Assembly: GCA_031423615.1 (NCBI GenBank)
Contig: JANPFV010000104.1
Location: 32,170-96,169 of the forward strand
Direction: 5' to 3'
DNA length: 64,000 nt
From: Candidatus Omnitrophota bacterium
GTDB lineage: Bacteria; Omnitrophota; Gorgyraeia; Zapsychrales; JANLHA01
Shown here: positions 28,384-38,282 of the stretch, in pieces
How the letters are laid out: every line of letters begins with the position of its first letter
Numbering within the stretch: the stretch's first letter is position 1
Notes under the pieces: model-generated
Told to the model about the DNA's origin: nothing
Databases searched by the model: none
Seen by the model: the letters and a program-made list of their open reading frames with translations, nothing else
Made by a program: the position numbers and the translations under genes

Positions 28384-29806
28384 TATTCTTCATAGCGTGG
28401 TGTTTCGGCTGACCCTATGGTACGCCGTCTTTTTTACAGTCGCTTTAGTTGCGCTTTTTATTATTAGCCAGCGCATTCTTTTGTCTGATCTTATCAAAAT
28501 CACCGATCACGATTTGCTCATCAATTCTCAGAATTATGCCGTGGATATCAAAAAAGACACTTTGGAAGAAATCAAGGCCGATATCGTCGACGATGCCAAT
28601 CAGGAAGGGTTAAGCCGGGTTTTTTATCGCCTGCTATCTTCTGATTTAAAGGTTATCGCTTCTTCGGATTTGAGCCAGTGGGAGAATTTGAATTTCCTGG
28701 AATTAAATGAATGGGCCAAATTGTCAATGTCCCAGAATGTTGTTTATCGCACCATTAAGGCGGCAGACCATGGCGGGAAGGTGCGGGTTATTAATCGGGC
28801 CATCGGTGATGGAAAGTATCTTTTGCAGATTGGGAAAATCGTCCGGGATAATAAGGCCTTAATGGACCGCTACCAAACCATTCTGGGGAGTATTGTTCTG
28901 GTATCTTTGTTGTGCGGGATCGGATTAGGTTTAGGGATGATTAAAAAAACAATGGAAGGTGTGGAGCGGGTTACGGAAACTGCGCAGCGCATTGGCAAGG
29001 AAGGGTTGGGCCATCGGGTCCAGTCGGGTAAGGAAGGAATAGAAATTGAGCGCTTGGCGGAAACTTTTAATAATATGCTGGACCGGATAGAACGATTGAT
29101 GCTGGAGTTAAGGGATTTTACCAACAATGTGGCCCATGACTTGCGCACGCCGATTACGCGTATTCGCGGCTTTGCGGAGATGTCTTTATCAAACAAAGAC
29201 AAGACACCGAATGACACCGAAGGCTATGGGGTCATTATGGAAGAATGCAACAATCTTATTCATATCATCAATACGGTTCTGGAAATTGCCGAAACAGATG
29301 CCGGCCTTAGAAATTATCAAGAAATCCAGATGGACCTTAATGACCTTGTCAAAAAAGGATATGAGTTGTTCCTGCCTGTGGCCGAGGATAAGGAGATTGA
29401 ACTTACGTTCCAAGGACCTTTGGATCCGGTTATTATTTTTGGAAATGTTCCTCGGCTTCAGCGGATTGTTTCCAACCTTTTGGATAATGCTTTAAAATAT
29501 ACCGAAAGAAAAGGCGCAGTCCACGTCGAGGTCAAAACAAGTACGGATCATGCCCAAGTCTCCATTCGTGATACGGGCCTGGGAATGGATGAAGTCCATT
29601 TGAAACGGATTTTTGAAAAGTTTTACCGCATTGAATCCAGCCGTTCAACGCCGGGCCATGGTTTGGGTTTAGCCTGGGTCAAATCTGCTCTTACAACAAT
29701 GGGCGCAAGTATTACCGTCCACAGCGTTAAAGGAAGTGGCAGTATCTTTACTCTCTTAATTCCCTACCCTCCTTCTTCCAGTTCTCCCGACATTACAAAA
29801 ATGTAA
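28361..29806 (+). CDS. Sensor histidine kinase (two TM helices, HAMP, HisKA, HATPase)
   Basis: H-box VAHDLRTPIT, N/G-boxes (LLDNALKYT, DTGLGM, GHGLGL); overlaps the response regulator end. Confidence 0.85.
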   Translation: MLWKKGNNILHSVVFRLTLWYAVFFTVALVALFIISQRILLSDLIKITDHDLLINSQNYAVDIKKDTLEEIKADIVDDANQEGLSRVFYRLLSSDLKVIASSDLSQWENLNFLELNEWAKLSMSQNVVYRTIKAADHGGKVRVINRAIGDGKYLLQIGKIVRDNKALMDRYQTILGSIVLVSLLCGIGLGLGMIKKTMEGVERVTETAQRIGKEGLGHRVQSGKEGIEIERLAETFNNMLDRIERLMLELRDFTNNVAHDLRTPITRIRGFAEMSLSNKDKTPNDTEGYGVIMEECNNLIHIINTVLEIAETDAGLRNYQEIQMDLNDLVKKGYELFLPVAEDKEIELTFQGPLDPVIIFGNVPRLQRIVSNLLDNALKYTERKGAVHVEVKTSTDHAQVSIRDTGLGMDEVHLKRIFEKFYRIESSRSTPGHGLGLAWVKSALTTMGASITVHSVKGSGSIFTLLIPYPPSSSSPDITKM

Positions 29807-29816
29807 TCTCCGCGTC

Positions 29817-29850
29817 AGGATAACATAATAGTCCTGTGTTATCTTTTGTT
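29817..29850 (+). terminator. Rho-independent terminator after the histidine kinase
   Basis: Stem GGATAACA / TGTTATC(T), 11-nt loop, then TTTTGTTT. Confidence 0.5.
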
Positions 29851-29880
29851 TATAGTCATAGTGACTCAAGGAGGAGAATT

Positions 29881-30714
29881 ATGGGGAGAATCGCAAAGGT
29901 TGTATTCGCATTACTCTTTTTTTCGCTCATAGTGGGAAAAGCAAGCTTTTCTGGAAATGGGCCAACTCCCAGTCTGGTCACATGTGAAATTCCCGTGGGA
30001 ACAAAGGTCATTCCCTTGCCGACAAAATATTTATACTTTGAATATAATTCCACCGAAGGAGATACTGTCATTCATGGATATTTTGACAGTGATTCTTTAG
30101 CGGAACTTTGCGTTTATGATCCCAGCGGTAAGCAGATTCTCACCGTGAAACCGCAAAACCAATTAAAGGATTTGACCATGTCTGAAATTTTCTTTGAGTC
30201 GGGTGAGCTGGGACATAAAGGAGTTCCCTTGCCAAAACATTTTGAGAATTTCCCCGAGGGATTTTATAAAGTGCGCGCTGTGGCTTTCGATGGCACGGGC
30301 TACGACGGTGCGGCGTGGCTGACCCATAATATTCCTAAACCTCCTAAAATGATTTTCCCGCCGGAAATGGTTAATGAGGCGGAGATTAATAGCCTTCATA
30401 TTTCTCCTGATAATGTCATTTTTCGCTGGGAACCGGTTAAGACAACCATTTTTGCAAAGCCCGTCAAAATTGATGGATATGCGGTGAGTATAAAAAAACT
30501 CTCTTATGCCCACCCCCATGGTTTTGCGCATCCCGTCTATAACGTGTGGGTCTTGCCAACCGTAACAAGTTTGACCATTCCTGATGAATTTTGGGAATCT
30601 GACACAGATTATGAATTTGAGGTGCTGGCTATCGAAGAGAGCGGAAACCAAACATCGGTTTCGGGATTTTTTAAAACCGGCAAGAAAAAGTTGTCGTCAG
30701 GAAACCCGATTTGA
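29881..30714 (+). CDS. Hypothetical secreted protein (278 aa)
   Basis: AAGGAGGAG RBS; signal peptide MGRIAKVVFALLFFSLIVGKASFS; no recognisable motifs. Confidence 0.5.
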   Translation: MGRIAKVVFALLFFSLIVGKASFSGNGPTPSLVTCEIPVGTKVIPLPTKYLYFEYNSTEGDTVIHGYFDSDSLAELCVYDPSGKQILTVKPQNQLKDLTMSEIFFESGELGHKGVPLPKHFENFPEGFYKVRAVAFDGTGYDGAAWLTHNIPKPPKMIFPPEMVNEAEINSLHISPDNVIFRWEPVKTTIFAKPVKIDGYAVSIKKLSYAHPHGFAHPVYNVWVLPTVTSLTIPDEFWESDTDYEFEVLAIEESGNQTSVSGFFKTGKKKLSSGNPI

Positions 30715-30767
30715 AGACAAAAGGAAGCAATTTTTAAAAAACAAAATCAGAATAGGGGGTAGGTGTA

Positions 30768-31076
30768 ATGATTGCACATCGAAAAATACCTTATGAAAGC
30801 ATTCAATTCCAGTATCTTATTGATATTCCCCATTGCCATTGCTTGTATGGGTCAGCCCGCGAAAGTGATACGGGTCTTTCTGTGCTTTTTCTCGTTTTTA
30901 GCCAAGAGAAAAAGATTTACCGACGCAATGGCTTGAAAGAAACGTGGGTTGAGCTTGACAACCCACAAGAGCATGCCCACATTCGCCGGCACCTTCTGCG
31001 GGCCATGGAAGATTCGGTTCCTCTTTATACCCTTAACGAAAATATTGTCTCCTTAGACCGGAACTTTTCTTTATGA
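30768..31076 (+). CDS. Hypothetical protein (102 aa)
   Basis: ORF with GGGGGTAGGTG RBS-like upstream; 4-nt ATGA overlap with the next gene. Confidence 0.4.
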   Translation: MIAHRKIPYESIQFQYLIDIPHCHCLYGSARESDTGLSVLFLVFSQEKKIYRRNGLKETWVELDNPQEHAHIRRHLLRAMEDSVPLYTLNENIVSLDRNFSL

Positions 31077-32182
31077 ATCGGGCAACAACTCTTTCGCCTG
31101 ATAAAGTGGACGCCCATCTTTCCGTTGTCAACCGCGGTGCGCAATCCGTAAAATGTCGTACTCCCTTGGTGCGTGAATTTTTTGGAAGGACAATGGAAGA
31201 TTTAGAGGCGTGTAGGACAGACTTAAGACTCTCTCATGTGGACAAGGAAGAAATGAATTTATTGTTGATGACGTTTACTCGCTTGCTTGGCCAAGAGGCG
31301 CTCTTTTTGGATCGGTTAATCGCGCGAAACGTCATTTCTCCTTATACGTCATTGGAATTCTGCAGTGATCCTCAATACGCGCGTAAAATACCCCGAGGAG
31401 TCACCGTTAAAACCGGAACAAAGGACAATCCCATTCGCTTTGCGGTATTTTCTTCATGGGTCGCTCCCGCCAGTTGGCTGCATTTTATTTTACAGTTGAT
31501 TGTCATGAATCGTAATAAGGTGGACACGTCGTTTTTGTTATCGACAATATCGGAGGAGACCAAGGTCGGATTAACGAATTCAAAGCAGTGGAGATATGAT
31601 ATGGCGGCCAATTATGTCATTCCTTTATTCGCCCCTTTTATCAGGTTTTCCGATTTCGGAAATTTGCATTCCGAAGAAATAGAGTCAGCTCCGTGGGAAT
31701 TTCAGGGAAGGGTCTTTGACGGTGAAAAGGCGCGGAAATTAAATAGCGGAGAAGATGCCAGTTTTAAGTTTTTTGAACGTAATCCGAAACGCTACATCAC
31801 GATGTTTTACATCGTCGGATCGGATCATCAGCGCTGTGAGAGTCGCTATGATAGTTATGGAAAGATCCGTGATAATATTCGCGCCAGACGATTCGGTTTT
31901 GATCCGCAATATCACAAAGCCGTGATTGTTTTTGTAGGCCGCCCGGGTTTTTACGAAAAGGTAGAAAAGATAGCCGTCCCCGAAGATTTAAGGAAGGTGT
32001 TGTCCATTCAATTCCTGCCCGCGCCCATCAATATTGCCGTGGCGTCACGATTAATCCGCGAAGCCTTCTTAGGTCAACATCCGCATCAAATGGTCATGGC
32101 TCCGCATGCGGCCTTGAATTATATTTTGGACCATCCGCATGTTTTAGCCGCCTTAAAGCAAGCCGGTCAAATAGGTTCTTGA
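31073..32182 (+). CDS. Hypothetical protein (369 aa)
   Basis: Long ORF translationally coupled to the 102-aa ORF; no recognisable motifs. Confidence 0.45.
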   Translation: MNRATTLSPDKVDAHLSVVNRGAQSVKCRTPLVREFFGRTMEDLEACRTDLRLSHVDKEEMNLLLMTFTRLLGQEALFLDRLIARNVISPYTSLEFCSDPQYARKIPRGVTVKTGTKDNPIRFAVFSSWVAPASWLHFILQLIVMNRNKVDTSFLLSTISEETKVGLTNSKQWRYDMAANYVIPLFAPFIRFSDFGNLHSEEIESAPWEFQGRVFDGEKARKLNSGEDASFKFFERNPKRYITMFYIVGSDHQRCESRYDSYGKIRDNIRARRFGFDPQYHKAVIVFVGRPGFYEKVEKIAVPEDLRKVLSIQFLPAPINIAVASRLIREAFLGQHPHQMVMAPHAALNYILDHPHVLAALKQAGQIGS

Positions 32183-32326
32183 GTTTTTCCTTCGAAATAT
32201 TTTAATTTTCGCTGCTTTTAAATATCTGTGAAGTTAATTCCCAACCCCATAAATTTAAGTTATAGTTAAAAAGATTTGAGATCAATTAAACAGATTTTAT
32301 TTGCATCGGATTCTTAAGAGGCCCGT

Positions 32327-33292
32327 ATGACAATTAAAAAAATTGGTGTTTTGACGTCGGGTGGAGACGGGCCGGGGATGAATGCCGCTCTCCGGAGTGT
32401 TGTCCGGGCGGGGCTGGCGGCCCAATTAGAGGTCGCAGGAATCATCCGCGGCTATCAGGGCTTGATCGATGATGAAGTTGTTGCGATGGATCACCGTTCG
32501 GTTTCCAATATCATCAATCGCGGCGGCACCATTCTTAAAACTGCGCGCTCCAAAAAATTTGCCACCCCGGAAGGCAAGGACATTGCCTTTGCGACGTTAA
32601 AAAAACACAATATCGACGCGCTGGTTGTCATCGGCGGAGACGGCACATACAAAGGCGCCGTAGATTTAATGACCCGGCACAATTTCCCTGTGGTGGGTGT
32701 TCCCGGATCGATTGACAATGACATTTGTGGCACCGATGAAACCATCGGTTGCGCGACGGCGATCAACACGGCCTTGGATTCCATTGATAAAATTCGCGAC
32801 ACCGCGCAAAGCATGGAACGTATTTTTATTATTGAAGTGATGGGCAACCAAAGCGGATATATCGCTTTGCGCGTGGCCATGGCCGCGGGCGCGGAAACCG
32901 TCATCATTCCGGAAAGGACATTCGATTATAAAACATTGTGTCAGGAAATTCAGGAAGGCAATAAACGCGGTAAAATCAACTGGATCATTGTGACGGCGGA
33001 AGGGGCGGCGAAAGCCCCGGACGTTGCGCAATCCTTGACCATGATGACCGGTTTGCAAACGCGTTTTGTCGTCTTGGGCCATGTTCAGCGGGGAGGATCA
33101 CCCGTTGCGGCCGACCGGATTTTGGCCACCCGTTTAGGCGCGGCGGCCGTCGATTTGCTTTTAAAAGGGCAATACGGAAAGGCCGTGGGTGTTATGAATG
33201 AGCATATCCATGTGGTTGATTTGACACAAGCGTTGAGCCGGCCGGACAGCCGCACCGACGAATATCTGCATTTGATGAAGACCCTCAGTTAG
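32327..33292 (+). CDS. pfkA: ATP-dependent 6-phosphofructokinase
   Basis: KIGVLTSGGDGPGMNAALRSVVR and GGDGT motifs. Confidence 0.9.
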   Translation: MTIKKIGVLTSGGDGPGMNAALRSVVRAGLAAQLEVAGIIRGYQGLIDDEVVAMDHRSVSNIINRGGTILKTARSKKFATPEGKDIAFATLKKHNIDALVVIGGDGTYKGAVDLMTRHNFPVVGVPGSIDNDICGTDETIGCATAINTALDSIDKIRDTAQSMERIFIIEVMGNQSGYIALRVAMAAGAETVIIPERTFDYKTLCQEIQEGNKRGKINWIIVTAEGAAKAPDVAQSLTMMTGLQTRFVVLGHVQRGGSPVAADRILATRLGAAAVDLLLKGQYGKAVGVMNEHIHVVDLTQALSRPDSRTDEYLHLMKTLS

Positions 33293-33397
33293 ACTTTCTC
33301 CTCTAAAAAATTCCTGTCATTTTAAAACTTTGTGATAAAATGTTTGGAATTTTCCACGCCAATCTTGTACACGGGAATAATAACGAAGGGAATTTTT

Positions 33398-34390
33398 ATG
33401 ACCAAGATTTATTATGACAAGGATGCGGATTTAAACCGATTGAAAAAGCGGACCATAGCTATTGTTGGATACGGTATTCAAGGGCGCGGGCAGGCTTTGA
33501 ACTTGCGCGATAGCGGATTAAACGTCTTGATCGCCCAGCGACCGGGCGGGCCGAATTATGAACAAGCCATCAAGGACGGCTTTAAACCCGTCGATGTAAA
33601 GACGGCCGCACAACAGGCGGAGATTATTTTCATTTTGACCCAGGATCATTTGCAGGCTGATATTTATAATGACTCCATAAAAAAGTATATGAAAAAAGGC
33701 AAGACATTGGCTTTTTCTCATGGTTTCAATATTCATTTCAAACTGATCAAGCCTTCTAAGAATATTGATGTTTGGATGATCGCGCCTAAAGGACCGGGGG
33801 CCTTGGTCCGTCGTCAATTTGAGGAAGGTAAAGGCGTTCCGTGTCTGGTCGCGGTCCATCAAGACGCCTCAGGACACGCCCTGAAGGATGCTTTAGCTTA
33901 TGCCAAGGGTTTGGGCGGCACGCGCGGCGGTGTTCTTGAAACGACATTTAAAGAGGAAACGGAAACCGATCTTTTTGGGGAACAAGCCGTTCTCTGCGGC
34001 GGGGCCAGTGAACTGGTCAAAGCGGGTTTCGAAACCTTAACCAAAGCGGGTTATCAACCCGAAATTGCTTATTTTGAATGTCTGCATGAATTAAAACTTA
34101 TCGTTGATCTTATGTATGAAGGCGGGATTACCGGAATGCGCAAACGGGTGTCGGATACCGCCGAGTATGGTGATCTTACGCGCGGAAAGCGGATTGTTAA
34201 TGAGCGCACCCGTAAAGAAATGCAAAAAATTCTCAAAGAAATTCAAAAGGGAAAATTCGCAAAGGAATGGATGGCTGAAAATAAAAGCGGACGTAAGATT
34301 TTTATTAAAATGCGCAAAGAAGGAGAGAATCATCCCATTGAAAAAGTGGGTGAGAAGTTGCGTGGTTTGATGTCGTGGATGAAGAAATAA
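33398..34390 (+). CDS. ilvC: Ketol-acid reductoisomerase
   Basis: [21 protein letters not shown] Rossmann motif plus conserved KARI core; start moved to MTKIYYD with an AAGGGA RBS. Confidence 0.9.
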   Translation: MTKIYYDKDADLNRLKKRTIAIVGYGIQGRGQALNLRDSGLNVLIAQRPGGPNYEQAIKDGFKPVDVKTAAQQAEIIFILTQDHLQADIYNDSIKKYMKKGKTLAFSHGFNIHFKLIKPSKNIDVWMIAPKGPGALVRRQFEEGKGVPCLVAVHQDASGHALKDALAYAKGLGGTRGGVLETTFKEETETDLFGEQAVLCGGASELVKAGFETLTKAGYQPEIAYFECLHELKLIVDLMYEGGITGMRKRVSDTAEYGDLTRGKRIVNERTRKEMQKILKEIQKGKFAKEWMAENKSGRKIFIKMRKEGENHPIEKVGEKLRGLMSWMKK

Positions 34391-34394
34391 ATTG

Positions 34395-34480
34395 CTTTGT
34401 GCTGGGTCCTGTCCCTGCGGCACCCTGCCGGCATCGCTCCGCTGCTGGCGGCAGGGGACCCGCCTACGGGCCACCCAGTC
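34395..34480 (+). promoter_or_regulatory. GC-rich structured element between ilvC and leuA (terminator without U-tract, or leader RNA)
   Basis: Long imperfect hairpin GGGTCCTG-TCCCTGCC...GGCAGGG-GACCC plus small GCC-TAC-GGC hairpin; about 75% GC in an otherwise AT-rich spacer. Confidence 0.3.
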
Positions 34481-34531
34481 GAAGCATAATTGCAACCAAA
34501 ACCGGATATTTACCAAAGCTTATTTTTTATT

Positions 34532-36064
34532 ATGAAAACCGATAAAGTCTTAATTTTTGATACGACATTGCGTGACGGAGAGCAGGCTCCCGGCGCATCC
34601 ATGAACAAGGATGAAAAGCTGGAAATCGCTTATGCTCTGGAACGTTTGGGGGTCGATATTATTGAAGCTGGTTTTGCGGTCAGTTCGCCCGGAGATTTTG
34701 AATCCGTGCGTCAGGTGGCCCGGGCTGTCAAAAGTTCCACGGTCTGCAGTTTGGCCCGCGCCATTCGCAAGGATATCGATGCGGCCTATGATGCGGTCAA
34801 AATCGCCAAGAGCGGACGCATCCATGTTTTTTTAGCCACTTCCAAAATCCATTTGGAACATAAATTCAAAAAAACTCAGGACGAGATTTTGGCCATGGCC
34901 GTTGATGCGGTCAAATACGCCAAGTCCAAAATCCATAACGTCGAATTTTCCCCGGAAGACGCCAGCCGCAGTGAGAAGGAATTTTTGTACCGTATCTTGG
35001 AGGCGGTGATCAAGGCCGGGGCTACGACCGTCAATATTCCGGATACCGTCGGGTACAAGACCCCGGATGAATACGGAAAACTTTTTAGCGATATCCGCGA
35101 AAATGTTTCTAATATTCATAAGGCCGTCATTTCCACCCATTGCCACGATGATTTAGGTATGGGTGTGGCCAATTCTTTGGCCGCGATTAAGAACGGCGCG
35201 CGTCAGGTGGAATGCACAATCAACGGGATCGGTGAGCGGGCGGGTAACGCCGCGATGGAGGAGATCGTCATGGCTTTGCACACCCGGTCGGATTTTTATC
35301 ACTGTAGCACCAACATCAATACTAGAGAAATTTATAAAACTTCCCGTTTGGTCAGCAAGATGACCGGATTTTTGGTTCCGCCCAATAAAGCCATCGTCGG
35401 AGCTAATGCTTTCCGTCATGAAAGTGGGATCCATCAAGACGGGGTCCTAAAGGAAAAGTCCACCTATGAAATTATGAGCCCGGAATCTGTGGGGGTGCCC
35501 GTCGGAAATTTGTTTTTAGGAAAGCATTCCGGACGCCACGCATTTAAAGTCCGTTTGAAGGCTTTGGGAATTGAATTGAAGGAAGATGAATTGGACAAAG
35601 CCTTTGCGGAATTCAAGAAATTAGCTGACCAGAAAAAGCAGGTTTTTGATGAGGACTTGCTCGCCATCGTTGATGATGAAGTGAAAGTTTTTAAGCCTCT
35701 CTGGGAACTGGCGGATTTTAAGAATACCAGCGGCATGAACATCAAGCCGAAAGTCGAAGTGATATTAAAAAAGAAAGGCCAGAAAATCGCTGAATCTTCG
35801 TCGGGTGATGGCCCGGTGGATGCTTGTTATAAAGCGATCGATAAGATCACCGGTGTCAGGGGAGAATTGTTGGATTATGCTATTCAATCCGTCACCCGGG
35901 GTCAAGATGCCTTAGGCGAAGTCACGGTTAAGGTCATGGTCAATGGCAAAAGTGTCATCAGCCGGGCGTCCAGCACCGATATTGTTGTTGCTTCCGCCAA
36001 GGCCTATTTGAATGCAATCAATAAAATCATTTCGACAGCGGACGCAACGTCCCCGGATGTATGA
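34532..36064 (+). CDS. leuA: 2-isopropylmalate synthase
   Basis: LIFDTTLRDGEQAPGASM and HCHDDLGMGVANSLAAI motifs; C-terminal LeuA dimerisation domain. Confidence 0.9.
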   Translation: MKTDKVLIFDTTLRDGEQAPGASMNKDEKLEIAYALERLGVDIIEAGFAVSSPGDFESVRQVARAVKSSTVCSLARAIRKDIDAAYDAVKIAKSGRIHVFLATSKIHLEHKFKKTQDEILAMAVDAVKYAKSKIHNVEFSPEDASRSEKEFLYRILEAVIKAGATTVNIPDTVGYKTPDEYGKLFSDIRENVSNIHKAVISTHCHDDLGMGVANSLAAIKNGARQVECTINGIGERAGNAAMEEIVMALHTRSDFYHCSTNINTREIYKTSRLVSKMTGFLVPPNKAIVGANAFRHESGIHQDGVLKEKSTYEIMSPESVGVPVGNLFLGKHSGRHAFKVRLKALGIELKEDELDKAFAEFKKLADQKKQVFDEDLLAIVDDEVKVFKPLWELADFKNTSGMNIKPKVEVILKKKGQKIAESSSGDGPVDACYKAIDKITGVRGELLDYAIQSVTRGQDALGEVTVKVMVNGKSVISRASSTDIVVASAKAYLNAINKIISTADATSPDV

Positions 36065-36924
36065 CAAAGGAAATTGCGACTTACGGCATTATTGGGAATC
36101 CCGTCAAGCACAGTCTTTCGCCCTTGATGCACAATGCCGCATTTAAAGAATTACGTGTTAAAGCTATTTATAAATTGTTTCTCCTTGAAGAGGAAGAACT
36201 GGAACCTTTCTTTAAAAGTCTGCGCGACAAGGAGTCCCCTATTTTTGGACTGAATGTAACGGTGCCCTACAAAGAAGCCGTCATCCCGCATTTGGACAGC
36301 ATCAGCGCTTTTGCCAAAAAGGCCATGGCGGTTAATACGATTGTGATTGATGAGAATCGCCGATTGACAGGGTATAATACCGACGGGCCGGGATTTTTGG
36401 CGCACCTGGTCGATCTGAAATTTAATACGCGGGGAAAACGAGTGGCTATTTTGGGAGCCGGAGGCACCACCCGGTCGATCTTAGCGTCGTTATGCCTTAT
36501 TCCAGAAAGACCGGAATCCATCAAGATTTATAATCGGACATCGGAAAAGGCCAGTCAAATGGTCAAGGATTTGTCTTTCCACATGGATGTCAGTTTGGTG
36601 ACTGTCGTCCCCTCAATCGATGATCTTAACATTGAGATTTCCGATCTTTTAATCAATACGACATCCGTGGGGCTTAATGATCCGCAGAGCTCCTTAGTCG
36701 ACGATGATCTTTTGCATCCGAATATGTTGGTGTATGATGTGGTCTACGAACCGAAGGAAACCTTACTTTTAAAACTTGCGGCCGCCAAGGGTGCTACGAC
36801 GGCCAATGGTTTGGGGCTTTTATTTTATCAGGGAATGCTTTCTTTACAGCATTGGGCGGGCCAGGAATTGCCGCAGAATGTTAAGGATAACGTTCGGGAA
36901 ACTTTAGAAGGGAAGGTCGAATGA
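36061..36924 (+). CDS. aroE: Shikimate dehydrogenase
   Basis: YGIIGNPVKHSLSPLMHNAAF signature. Confidence 0.85.
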   Translation: MTKEIATYGIIGNPVKHSLSPLMHNAAFKELRVKAIYKLFLLEEEELEPFFKSLRDKESPIFGLNVTVPYKEAVIPHLDSISAFAKKAMAVNTIVIDENRRLTGYNTDGPGFLAHLVDLKFNTRGKRVAILGAGGTTRSILASLCLIPERPESIKIYNRTSEKASQMVKDLSFHMDVSLVTVVPSIDDLNIEISDLLINTTSVGLNDPQSSLVDDDLLHPNMLVYDVVYEPKETLLLKLAAAKGATTANGLGLLFYQGMLSLQHWAGQELPQNVKDNVRETLEGKVE

Positions 36925-37745
36925 CAGAAATTGTGCTTCTTCAAGTTTTCATTGTTTTTTTAGGCGCTTGCGTGGGCAGTTTTTTAAACGTCTGTATTGT
37001 TCGAATGCCCAAAGAAGAATCGATTATAACTCCCCCCTCCCATTGTGTGGCCTGCAAAAAGACCGTGGCGTGGTACGATAATATTCCCCTCGTGAGTTAC
37101 TTAGTCCTCGGCGGAAAATGCCGTCATTGCTCAGCCAGATATTCCATGCGTTATTTTTGGGTTGAACTTTTGACGGCGTTTACTTTTTGGGGATTTTATA
37201 AAATTTTTGGGCTGACCCCTATGACCGCCGCTTACATAGTCATGGCCTGCGGATTTATCGTGGCAACGTTTGTAGATTTTGAATACCGGATCATTCCCGA
37301 TGAAATCAGTATCGGAGGGATGATGGCGGGACTCCTTTTTAGTTTTTTTGTCCCGGAATTGCATGGTGTTGCATCGTCGGGATGGGTCTGGGCGGATCAT
37401 TTTAAAGCCTTGGGTTTTTCTTTGATCGGGGTTTTGGTGGGAGGCGGATCCATCTATTTGATGGGCCTGCTTGGCGACGTTATTTTTAAAAAGGAATCAA
37501 TGGGCGGAGGCGATGTGAAACTCATGGCCATGGTCGGAGCATTCATGGGTTGGAAACTGGCTTTATTGACATTTTTCTTGGCGCCGTTTTTCGGCGCGTT
37601 TTATGGGATTGTCGAAAAAGTCCGCACCAAGGACAGCGCTATCGCTTACGGACCTTTTTTAGTTTTGGGCGCATTGCTCAGTCTTTTTTACGGGAACCTT
37701 ATCATCAATTGGATCATGCACGGGTATGGCCTCAGGTCATGGTAA
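36921..37745 (+). CDS. pilD: Type IV prepilin-like leader peptidase (A24 family)
   Basis: N-terminal zinc-ribbon CxxC...CxxC (HCVACKK...CRHCSARY) and polytopic membrane body with GGGDVKL. Confidence 0.85.
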   Translation: MTEIVLLQVFIVFLGACVGSFLNVCIVRMPKEESIITPPSHCVACKKTVAWYDNIPLVSYLVLGGKCRHCSARYSMRYFWVELLTAFTFWGFYKIFGLTPMTAAYIVMACGFIVATFVDFEYRIIPDEISIGGMMAGLLFSFFVPELHGVASSGWVWADHFKALGFSLIGVLVGGGSIYLMGLLGDVIFKKESMGGGDVKLMAMVGAFMGWKLALLTFFLAPFFGAFYGIVEKVRTKDSAIAYGPFLVLGALLSLFYGNLIINWIMHGYGLRSW

Positions 37746-38257
37746 AAAATATTGTCCTTATCGGTTTTATGGGTGTGGGAAAATCTTTGGCGGCCAAGCA
37801 TCTTGCCGCTAAACTGGAGTGCACCATTATTTCCACCGATGAAAGGGTTGTAGAGCAAGAGGGAAAAAGTATTGCGCAAATTTTTCAGGACCATGGTGAA
37901 GAATATTTTCGGACAGCTGAGGCCAACATCGTCGCTGCCATTGCCGATCAAAGAAATAAGATCATCGATTGCGGCGGCGGAGTCGCCTTAAATCCCCGCA
38001 ATCTGGAATTGTTGAAAAAAAACGGCATTATTTTTTATCTTTCCGCATCAACGGAAGAAATTTATCAGAACGTCAAAGACCAAAAAAACCGTCCCCTCCT
38101 CAATACCCCGAATCCTAAAAACAAAATCAGGGAATTGCTCGAACAGCGCCGTCCGTTTTATGAAAAGGCGGACTATCAAATCGACGCTGACGGCAAGACC
38201 GGCGAACAGCTTTGCGTCGATATTTTGACGCTGTTTAAAAAAGCTTCCGCAAAGTAA
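37739..38257 (+). CDS. aroK: Shikimate kinase
   Basis: MVKNIVLIGFMGVGKS Walker A; ATGGTAA overlap with the pilD stop; the ORF-track 5' extension is rejected. Confidence 0.85.
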   Translation: MVKNIVLIGFMGVGKSLAAKHLAAKLECTIISTDERVVEQEGKSIAQIFQDHGEEYFRTAEANIVAAIADQRNKIIDCGGGVALNPRNLELLKKNGIIFYLSASTEEIYQNVKDQKNRPLLNTPNPKNKIRELLEQRRPFYEKADYQIDADGKTGEQLCVDILTLFKKASAK

Positions 38258-38282
38258 GGCCCGGGTGGGGCGGGAGGGTGAA

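Noticed and set aside
37550-37738. 5' extension of aroK overlapping pilD
   Set aside because: Shikimate kinase starts at the conserved MVKNIVLIGFMGVGKS; the upstream extension is the out-of-frame 3' end of pilD.
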